A stretch of 64,000 nucleotides of DNA, from NCBI RefSeq assembly GCF_964355755.1, contig NC_092678.1, positions 11,096,352 through 11,160,351 of the forward strand, read 5' to 3'. This document shows positions 51,901-64,000 of this stretch, one piece after another (position 1 is the stretch's first letter; every line of letters starts with the position of its first letter). Position numbers and translations under genes: made by a program. The stretch comes from Antedon mediterranea (lineage: Eukaryota; Animalia; Echinodermata). Below the pieces are notes generated by a model. It saw only the letters and a program-made list of their open reading frames with translations. It had not been told where the DNA came from and did no database searches.

Positions 51901-54900
51901 AAATGATTAATTGCGGGCCATTGTATTGGGTTGTACCATTGAATGGAACAAAATGATTAATTACTAACCATTGTATTGAGTTGTACCATTGAATGGAACA
52001 AAATGATTAATTATTGGCCATTGTATTGAGTTGTACTATTGAATGGAACAAAATGATTAATTACTAACCATTGTATTGAGTTGTACTATTGAATGGAACA
52101 AAATGATTAATTACTAACCATTGTATTGAGTTGTACCATTGAATGGAACAAAATGATTAATTACTGGCCATTGTATTGAGTTGTACCATTGAATGGAACA
52201 AAATGATTAATTACTGGCCATTGTATTGAGTTGTACCATTGAATTGAACAAAATGATTAATTACTGGCCTTTGTATTGAGTTGTGCCATTGAATTGAACA
52301 AAATGATTAATTACTGGCCATTGTATTGAGTTGTACCATTGAATGGAACAAAATGATTAATTACTGGCCATTGTATTGACTTGTACCATTGAATGGAACA
52401 AAATGATTAATTACTGGCCATTGTACTGAGTTGTACCATTGAATGGAACAAAATGATTAATTACTGACCATTGAATGGAACAAAATGATTAATTACTGGC
52501 CATTGTAATGAGTTGTACCATTGAATTGAACAAAATGATTAATTACTGGCCATTGTATTGAGTTGTGCCATTGAATTGAACAAAATGATTAATTACTGGC
52601 TATTGTATTGAGTTGTACCATTGAATGGAACAAAATGATTAATTACTGGCCATTGTATTGACTTGTACCATTGAATGGAACAAAATGATTAATTACTGGC
52701 CATTGTACTGAGTTGTACCATTGAATGGAACAAAATGATTAATTACTAACCATTGTATTGAGTTGTACCATTGAATGGAACAAAATGATTAATTACTGGC
52801 CATTGAATTGAGTTGTACCATTGAATGGAACAAAATGATTAATTACTGGCCATTGTACTGAGTTGTACCATTGAATGGAAAAAATGATTAATTACTAACC
52901 ATTGTATTGAGTTGTACCATTGAATGGAACAAAATGATTAATTACTGGCCATTGAATTGAGTTGTACCATTGAATGAAACAAAATGATAAATTACTGGCC
53001 ATTGAATTGAGTTGTACCATTGAATGGAACAAAATGATTAATTACTGGCCATTGTATTAAGTTGTACCCTTGAATGGAACAAAATGATTAATTATTGGCC
53101 ATTGTATTGAGTTGTACCATTCAATGGAAAAAAATGATTTATTACTGGCCATTGTATTGACTTGTACCATTGAATGGAACAAAATGATTAATTACTGGCC
53201 ATTGTATTGAGTTGTACCATTGAATTGAACAAAATGATTAATTACTGGCCATTGTATTGAGTTGTACCATTGAATGGAACAAAATGATTAATTACTGGCC
53301 ATTGTATTGAGTTGTACTATTGAATGGAACAAAATGATTAATTACTAACCATTGTATTGAGTTGTTCTATTGAATGGAACAAAATGAATAATTACTAACC
53401 ATTGTATTGAGTTGTACCATTGAATGGAACAAATGATTAATTACTGACCATTGAATGGAACAAAATGATTAATTACTGGCCATTGTAATGAGTTGTACCA
53501 TTGAATTGAACAAAATGATTATTTACTGGCCATTGTATTGAGTTGTGCCATTGAATTGAACAAAATGACTAATTACTGGCCATTGTATTGAGTTGTACCA
53601 TTGAATGGAACAAAATGATTAATTACTGGCCATTGTATTGACTTGTACCATTGAATGGAACAAAATGATTAATTACTGGCCATTGTACTGAGTTGTACCA
53701 TTGAATGGAACGAAATGATTAATTACTGGCCATTGTATTGAGTTGTACCATTGAATGGAACAAAATGATTAATTACTGGCCATTGAATTGAGTTGTACCA
53801 TTGAATGGAACAAAATGATTAATTACTGGCCATTGTATTGAGTTGTACCCTTGAATGGAACAAAATGATTAATTACTGGCCATTGAATTGAGTTGTACCA
53901 TTGAATGGAACAAAATGATTAATTACTGGCCATTGTATTAAGTTGTACCCTTGAATGGAACAAAATGATTAATTATTGGCCATTGTATTGAGTTGTACCA
54001 TTCAATGGAAAAAATGATTTATTACTGGCCATTGTATTGACTTGTACCATTGAATGGAACAAAATGATTAATTACTGGCCATTGTATTGAGTTGTACCAT
54101 TGAATTGAACAAAATGATTAATTACTGGCCATTGTATTGAGTTGTACCATTGAATGGAACAAAATGATTAATTACTGGCCATTGTATTGAGTTGTACCAT
54201 TGAATGGAACGAAATGATTAATTACTGGCCATTGTATTGAGTTGTACCATTGAATGGAACAAAATGATTAATTACTAACCATTGTATTAAGTTGTACCAT
54301 TGAATGGAACAAAATGATTAATTACTGGCCATTGAATTGAGTTGTACCATTGAATGGAACAAAATGATTAATTACTGGCCATTGTATTGAGTTGTACCCT
54401 TGAATGGAACAAAATGATTAATTACTGGCCATTGAATTGAGTTGTACCATTGAATGGAACAAAATGATTAATTACTGGCCATTATATTGAGTTGTACCCT
54501 TGAATGGAACAAAATGATTAATTATTGGCCATTGTATTGAGTTGTACCATTCAATGGAACAAAATGATTACTTACTGGCCATTTTATTGAGTTGTACCAT
54601 TGAAGGGAACAAATGATTAATTACTGGCCATTGTATTGAGTTGTTCCATTGAATGGAACAAAATGATTAATTACTGGCCATTGTATTGAGTTGTACCATT
54701 GAATGGAACAAAATGATTAATTACTGGCCATTGTATTGAGTTGTACCATTGAATGGAAAGAAATGATTAATTACTGGCCATTGTATTGAGTTGTACCATT
54801 GAATGGAACAAAATGTTTAATTACTGGCCATTGTATTGATTTGTATCATTGAATGGAACAAATGATTAATTACTGGCCATTGTATTGAGTTGTACCATTG

Positions 54901-57900
54901 AATGGAACAAACTGATTAATTACTGGCCATTGTATTGAGTTGTACCATTGAATGGAACAAAATGATTAATTACTGGCCATTGTATTGAGTTTTATCATTG
55001 AATGGAACAAAATGATTAATTACTGGCCATTGTATTGAGTTGTACCATTGAATGGAACAAAATGATTAATTACTGGCCATTGTATTGAGTTGTACCATTG
55101 AATGGAACGAAATGATTAATTACTGGCCATTGTATTGAGTTGTACCATTGAATGGAACAAAATGATTAATTATTGGCCATTGTATTGAGTTGTACTATTG
55201 AATGGAACAAAATGATTAATTACTAACCATTGTATTGAGTTGTACCATTGAATTGAACAAAATGATTAATTACTGACCATTGTATTGAGTTGTGCCATTG
55301 AATTGAACAAAATGATTAATTACTGGCCATTGTATTGAGTTGTACCATTGAATGGAACAAAATGATTAATTACTGGCCATTGTATTGAGTTGTACCATTG
55401 AATGGAACAAAATGATTAATTACTGGCCATTGTATTGAGTTGTACCATTTAATGGAACGAAATGATTAATTACTGGCCATTGTATTGAGTTGTACCATTG
55501 AATGGAACAAAATGATTAATTATTGGCCATTGTATTGAGTTTTACCATTGAATGGAACTGAATTATTAATTACTGGACATTGTATTGAGTTGTACCATTG
55601 AATGGAACAAAATGATTAATTACTGGCCATTGTATTGAGTTGTACCATTGAATGGAACGAAATGATTAATTACTGGCCATTGTATTGAGTTGTACCATTG
55701 AATGGAACAAAATGATTAATTACTAACCATTGTATTAAGTTGTACCATTGAATGGAACAAAATAATTAATTACTGGCCATTGAATTGAGTTGTACCATTG
55801 AATGGAACAAAATGATTAATTACTGGCCATTGTATTGAGTTGTACCCTTGAATGGAACAAAATGATTAATTACTGGCCATTGAATTGAGTTGTACCATTG
55901 AATGGAACAAAATGATTAATTACTGGCCATTATATTGAGTTGTACCCTTGAATGGAACAAAATGATTAATTATTGGCCATTGTATTGAGTTGTACCATTC
56001 AATGGAACAAAATGATTACTTACTGGCCATTTTATTGAGTTGTACCATTGAAGGGAACAAATGATTAATTACTGGCCATTGTATTGATTTGTTCCATTGA
56101 ATGGAACAAAATGATTAATTACTGGCCATTGTATTGAGTTGTACCATTGAATGGAACAAAATGATTAATTACTGGCCATTGTATTGAGTTGTACCATTGA
56201 ATGGAAAGAAATGATTAATTACTGGCCATTGTATTGAGTTGTACCATTGAATGGAACAAAATGATTAATTACTGGCCATTGTATTGATTTGTATCATTGA
56301 ATGGAACAAATGATTAATTACTGGCCATTGTATTGAGTTGTACCATTGAATGGAACAAACTGATTAATTACTGGCCATTGTATTGAGTTGTACCATTGAA
56401 TGGAACAAAATGATTAATTACTGACCATTTTATTGAGTTTTATCATTGAATGGAACAAAATGATTAATTACTGGCCATTGTATTGAGTTGTACCATTGAA
56501 TGGAACAAAATGATTAATTACTGGCCATTGTATTGAGTTGTACCATTGAATGGAACGAAATGATTAATTACTGGCCATTGTATTGAGTTGTACCATTGAA
56601 TGGAACAAAATGATTAATTATTGGCCATTGTATTGAGTTGTACTATTGAATGGAACAAAATGATTAATTACTAACCATTGTATTGAGTTGTACCATTGAA
56701 TGGAACAAAATGATTAATTACTGACCATTGAATGGAACAAAATGATTAATTACTGGCCATTGTATTGAGTTGTACCATTGAATTGAACATAATGATTAAT
56801 TACTGGCCATTGTATTGAGTTGTGCCATTGAATTGAACAAAATGATTAATTACTGGCCATTGTATTGAGTTGTACCATTGAATGGAACAAAATGATTAAT
56901 TACTGGCCATTGTATTGATTTGTATCATTGAATGGAACAAATGATTAATTACTGGCCATTGTATTGAGTTGTACCATTGAATGGAACAAACTGATTAATT
57001 ACTGGCCATTGTATTGAGTTGTACCATTGAATGGAACGGAATTATTAATTACTGGCCATTGTATTGAGTTGTACCATTGAATGGATCAAAATGATTAATT
57101 ACTGGCCATTGTATTGAGTTGTACCATTGAATGGAACAAACTGATTAATTACTGGCCATTGTATTGAGTTGTACCATTGAATGGAACAAAATGATTAATT
57201 ACTGGCCATTGTATTGAGTTGTACCATTGAATGGAACGAAATGATTAATTACTGGCCATTGTATTGAGTTGTACCATTGAATGGAACAAAATGATTAATT
57301 ATTGGCCATTGTATTGAGTTGTACTATTGAATGGAACAAAATGATTAATTACTAACCATTGTATTGAGTTGTACCATTGAATGGAACAAAATGATTAATT
57401 ACTGACCATTGAATGGAACAAAATGATTAATTACTGGCCATTGTATTGAGTTGTACCATTGAATTGAACAAAATGATTAATTACTGGCCATTGTATTGAG
57501 TTGTGCCATTGAATTGAACAAAATGATTAATTACTGGCCATTGTATTGAGTTGTACCATTGAATGGAACAAAATGATTAATTACTGGCCATTGTATTGAC
57601 TTGTACCATTGAATTGAACAAAATGATTAATTACTGGCCATTGTATTGAGTTGTACCATTGAATGGAACAAAATGATTAATTACTGGCCATTGTATTGAC
57701 TTGTACCATTGAATGGAACAAAATGATTAATTACTGGCCATTGTATTGAGTTGTACCATTGAATGGAACAAAATGATTAATTACTGGCCATTGTATTGAG
57801 TTGTACCATTGAATGGAACAAAATGATTAATTACTAACCATTGTATTGAGTTGTACCATTGAATGGAACAAACTGACTAATTACTGGCCATTGTATTGAG

Positions 57901-60900
57901 TTGTACCATTGAATGGAACGAAATGATTAATTACTGGCCATTGTATTGAGTTGTTCCATTGAATGGAACAAAATGATTAATTACTAACCATTGTATTGAG
58001 TTGTACCATTGAATGGAACAAAATGATTAATTACTGGCCATTGAATTGAGTTGTACCATTGAATGGAACAAAATGATTAATTACTGGCCATTGTATTGAG
58101 TTGTACCCTTGAATGGAACAAAATGATTAATTACTGGCCATTTAATTGAGTTGTACCATTGAATGGAACAAAATGAATAATTACTGGCCATTGCATTGAG
58201 TTGTACCCTTGAATGGAACAAAATGATTAATTTTTGGCCATTTTATTGAGTTGTACCATTCAATGGAACAAAATGATTACTTACTGGCCATTTTATTGAG
58301 TTGTACCATTGAAGGGAACAAATGATTAATTACTGGCCATTGTATTGAGTTGTACCATTGAATGGAACAAAATGATTAATTACTGGCCATTGTATTGAGT
58401 TGTACCATTGAATGGAACGAAATGATTAATTACTGGCCATTGTATTGAGTTGTACCATTGAATGGAACAAAATGATTAATTACTAACCATTGTATTGAGT
58501 TGTACCATTGAATGGAACAAAATGATTAATTACTAACCATTGTATTGAGTTATACCATTGAATGGAACAAAATGATTGATTACTGACCATTGTATTGAGT
58601 TGTACCATTGAATGGAACAAAATGATTAATTACTGGCCATTTTATTGAGTTGTACCATTGAAGGGAACAAATGATTAATTACTGGCCATTGTATTGAGTT
58701 GTACCATTGAATAGAACAAAATGATTAATTACTGGCCATTGTATTGAGTTGTACCATTGAATGGAACGAAATGATTAATTACTGGCCATTGTATTGAGTT
58801 GTACCATTGAATGGAACAAAATGATTAATTATTGGCCATTGTATTGAGTTGTACTATTGAATGGAACAAAATGATTAATTACTAACCATTTTATTGAGTT
58901 GTACTATTGAATGGAACAAAATGATTAATTACTAACCATTGTATTGAGTTGTACCATTGAATGGAACAAAATGATTAATTACTGACCATTGAATGGAACA
59001 AAATGATTAATTACTGGCCATTGTATTGAGTTGTACCATTGAATTGAACAAAATGATTAATTACTGGCCATTGTATTGAGTTGTGCCATTGAATTGAACA
59101 AAAAGATTAATTACTGGCCATTGTATTGAGTTGTACCATTGAATGGAACAAAATGATAAATTACTGGCCATTGTATTGACTTGTACCATTGAATGGAACA
59201 AAATGATTAATTACTGGCCATTGTATTGAGTTGTACCATTGAATGGAACGAAATGATTAATTACTGGCCATTGTATTGAGTTGTACCATTGAATGGAACA
59301 AAATGATTAATTACTAACCATTGTATTGAGTTGTACCATTGAATGGAACAAAATGATTAATTACTGGCCAATGAATTGAGTTGTACCATTGAATGGAACA
59401 AAATGATTAATTACTGGCCATTGTATTGAGTTGTACCCTTGAATGGAACAAAATGATTAATTACTGGCCATTGAATTGAGTTGTACCATTGAATGGAACA
59501 AAATGATTAATTACTGTCCATTGTATTAAGTTGTACCATTGAATGGAACAAAATGATTAATTATTGGCCATTGTATTGAGTTGTACCATTGAATGGAACA
59601 AAATGATTAATTACTGGCCATTGAATTGAGTTGTACCATTGAATGGAACAAAATGATTAATTACTGGCCATTGTATTAAGTTGTACCATTGAATGGAAAA
59701 AAATGATTAATTACTGGCCATTGTATTGACTTGTACCATTGAATGGAACAAAATGATTAATTACTGGCCATTGTATTGAGTTGTACCATTGAATTGAACA
59801 AAATGATTAATTACTGGCCATTGTATTGAGTTGTACCATTGAATGGAACAAAATGATTAATTACTGGCGATTGTATTGAGTTGTACCATTGAATGGAACA
59901 AAATGATTAATTACTGGCCATTGTATTGAGTTGTACCATTGAATGGAACAAAATGATTAATTACTGGCCATTGTATTGAGTTGTACCATTGAATGGAGCA
60001 AAATGCTTAATTACTGGCCATTGTATTGAATTGTACCATTGAATGGAACAAAATGCTTAATTAATGGCCATTGTATTGAGTTGTACCATTGAATGGAACA
60101 AAATGATTAATTACTGGCCATTGTATTGATTTGTATCATTGAATGGAACAAATGATTAATTACTGGCCATTGTATTGAGTTGTACCATTGAATGGAACTA
60201 ACTGATTAATTACTGGCCATTGTATTGACTTGTACCATTGAATGGAACAAAATGATTAATTACTGGCCATTGTATTGAGTTGTACCATTGAATGGAACGA
60301 AATGATTAATTACTGGCCATTGTATTGAGTTGTACCATTGAATGGAACAAAATGATTAATTACTGGCCATTGTATTGAGTTGTACCCTTGAATGGAACAA
60401 AATGATTAATTATTGGCCATTGAATTGAGTTGTACCATTGAATGGAACAAAATGATTAATTACTGTCCATTGTATTAAGTTGTACCATTGAATGGAACAA
60501 AATGATTAATTATTGGCCATTGTATTGAGTTGTACCATTGAATGGAACAAAATGATTAATTACTGGCCATTGAATTGAGTTGTACCATTGAATGGAACAA
60601 AATGATTAATTACTGGCCATTGTATTAAGTTGTACCATTGAATGGAAAAAAATGATTAATTACTGGCCATTGTATTGACTTGTACCATTGAATGGAACAA
60701 AATGATTAATTACTGGCCATTGTATTGAGTTGTACCATTGAATTGAACAAAATGATTAATTACTGGCCATTGTATTGAGTTGTACCATTGAATGGAACAA
60801 AATGATTAATTACTGGCGATTGTATTGAGTTGTACCATTGAATGGAACAAAATGATTAATTACTGGCCATTGTATTGAGTTGTACCATTGAATGGAACAA

Positions 60901-63900
60901 AATGATTAATTACTGGCCATTGTATTGAGTTGTACCATTGAATGGAACAAAATGCTTAATTACTGGCCATTGTATTGAGTTGTACCATTGAATGGAACAA
61001 AATGCTTAATTACTGGCCATTGTATTGAGTTGTACCATTGAATGGAACAAAATGATTAATTACTGGCCATTGTATTGATTTGTATCATTGAATGGAACAA
61101 ATGATTAATTACTGGCCATTGTATTGAGTTGTACCATTGAATGGAACTAACTGATTAATTACTGGCCATTGTATTGACTTGTACCATTGAATGGAACAAA
61201 ATGATTAATTACTGGCCATTGTATTGAGTTGTACCATTGAATGGAACGAAATGATTAATTACTGGCCATTGTATTGAGTTGTACCATTGAATGGAACAAA
61301 ATGATTAATTACTAACCATTGTATTGAGTTGTACCATTGAATGGAACAAAATGATTAATTACTGGCCATTGTATTGATTTGTACCATTGAATGGAACAAA
61401 ATGATTAATTACTGGCCATTGTATTGAGTTGTACCATTGAATGGAACAAAATGATTAATTACTGGCCATTGTATTGAGTTGTACCATTGAATGGAACAAA
61501 ATGATTAATTACTGGCCATTGTATTGAGTTGTACCATTGAATGGAACAAAATGATTAATTACTGGCCATTGTATTGAGTTGTACCATTGAATGGAGCAAA
61601 ATGCTTAATTACTCGCCATTGTATTGAGTTGTGCCATTGAATGGAACAAAATGCTTAATTACTGGCCATTGTATTGAGTTGTACCATTGAATGGAACAAA
61701 ATGATTAATTACTAACCATTGTATTGAGTTGTACCATTGAATGGAACAAAATGATTACTTACTGGCCATTTTATTGAGTTGTACCATTGAAGGGAACAAA
61801 TGATTAATTACTGGCCATTGTATTGAGTTGTACCATTGAATGGAACAAAATGATTAATTACTGGCCATTGTATTGAGTTTTACCATTGAATGGAACAAAA
61901 TGATTAATTACTGGCCATTGTATTGAGTTGTACCATTGAATGGAACAAAATGATTAATTACTAACCATTGTATTGAGTTGTACCATTGAATGGAACAAAA
62001 TGATTAATTACTGGCCATTGTATTGATTTGTACCATTGAATGGAACAAAATGATTAATTACTGGCCATTGTATTGAGTTGTACCATTGAATGGAACAAAA
62101 TGATTAATTACTGGCCATTGTATTGAGTTGTACCATTGAATGGAACAAAATGATTAATTACTGGCCATTGTATTGAGTTGTACCATTGAATGGAACAAAA
62201 TGATTAATTACTGGCCATTGTATTGAGTTGTACCATTGAATGGAGCAAAATGCTTAATTACTGGCCATTGTATTGAGTTGTGCCATTGAATGGAACAAAA
62301 TGCTTAATTACTGGCCATTGTATTGAGTTGTACCATTGAATGGAACAAAATGATTAATTACTAACCATTGTATTGAGTTGTACCATTGAATGGAACAAAA
62401 TGATTACTTACTGGCCATTTTATTGAGTTGTACCATTGAAGGGAACAAATGATTAATTACTGGCCATTGTATTGAGTTGTACCATTGAATGGAACAAAAT
62501 GATTAATTACTGGCCATTGTATTGAGTTTTACCATTGAATGGAACAAAATGATTAATTACTGGCCATTGTATTGAGTTGTACCATTGAATGGAACAAAAT
62601 GATTAATTACTGGCCATTGTATTGAGTTGTACCATTGAATGGAACGAAATGATTAATTACTGGCAATTGTATTGAGTTGTACCATTGAATGGAACAAAAT
62701 GATTAATTATTGGCCATTGTATTGAGTTGTACTATTGAATGGAACAAAATGATTAATTACTAACCATTGTATTGAGTTGTACCATTGAATGGAACAAAAT
62801 GATTAATTACTGACCATTGAATGGAACAAAATGATTAATTACTGGCCATTGTATTGAGTTGTACCATTGAATGGAACAAAATGATTAATTACTGGCCATT
62901 GTATTGAGTTGTACCATTGAATGGAACAAAATGATTAATTACTGGCAATTGTATTGAGTTGTACCATTGAATGGAACAAACTGATTAATTACTGGCCATT
63001 GTATTGAGTTGTACCATTGAATGGAACAAAATGATTAATTACAGGCCATTGTATTGAGTTTTACCATTGAATGGAACAAAATGATTAATTACTGGCCATT
63101 GTATTGAGTTGTACCATTGAATGGAACAAAATGATTAATTACTGGCCATTGTATTGAGTTGTACCATTGAATGGAACGAAATGATTAATTACTGGCCATT
63201 GTATTGAGTTGTACCATTGAATGGAACAAAATGATTAATTACTAACCATTGTATTGGGTTGTACCATTGAATGGAACAAAATGATTACTTACTGGCCATT
63301 TTATTGAGTTGTACCATTGAAGGGAACAAATGATTAATTACTGGCCATTGTATTGAGTTGTACCATTGAATGGAACAAAATGATTAATTACTGGCCATTG
63401 AATTGAGTTGTACCATTGAATGGAACAAAATGATTAATTACTGGCCATTGTATTAAGTTGTACCATTGAATGGAAAAAAATGATTAATTACTGGCCATTG
63501 TATTGAGTTGTACCATTGAATGGAACAAAATGATTAATTATTGGCCATTGTATTGAGTTGTACTATTGAATGGAACAAAATGATTAATTACTAACCATTG
63601 CATTGAGTTGTACTATTGAATGGAACAAAATGATTAATTACTAACCATTGTATTGAGTTGTACCATTGAATGGAACAAAATGATTAATTACTGACCATTG
63701 AATGGAACAAAATGATTAATTACTGGCCATTGTATTGAGTTGTACCATTGAATTGAACAAAATGATTAATTACTGGCCATTGTATTGAATTGTGCTATTG
63801 AATTGAACAAAATGATTAATTACTGGCCATTGTATTGAGTTGTACCATTGAATGGAACAAAATGATTAATTACTGGCCATTGTATTGAGTTGTACCATTG

Positions 63901-64000
63901 AATGGAACAAAATGATTAATTACTGGCCATTGTATTGAGTTGTACCATTGAATGGAACGAAATGATTAATTACTGGCCATTGTATTGAGTTGTACCATTG
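48969..64000. repeat. 50-bp satellite array, right block
   Basis: Same monomer and orientation as the other blocks; includes 32-bp deletion monomers; runs off the window end. Confidence 0.99.

Overview
AT-rich eukaryotic DNA, most likely from a marine invertebrate (this is inference). About 31 kb is a 50-bp satellite array (1-8130, 12819-20548, 48969-64000) broken by two insertions. (1) A 4.7-kb non-autonomous CCCAG...CTGGG element (CMC/EnSpm-like, 2-bp TSD). The homologous site in a duplicated satellite block carries what looks like its excision footprint. (2) A degenerate BEL/Pao LTR retrotransposon (20549-48968, TSD CTGGC) that hosts a nest of other elements. Its 5' LTR contains a large foldback element (Academ-like), which holds a CR1-group LINE and a Chapaev deletion derivative, and a second foldback element interrupts the left end of that Chapaev. 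Its gag contains an L1/Tx1 fragment, and its 3' LTR contains a second, intron-containing Chapaev (RAG1/Transib-related) transposase. No intact host gene is seen. The most notable signal is at the Chapaev ends, which read as heptamer-12-nonamer (CACGGTG-12-ACAAAAAGT) on one element and heptamer-23-nonamer (CACAGCT-23-AGAAAAAGT) on the other, a V(D)J-like 12/23 layout. All calls were made by eye; no database searches were run.
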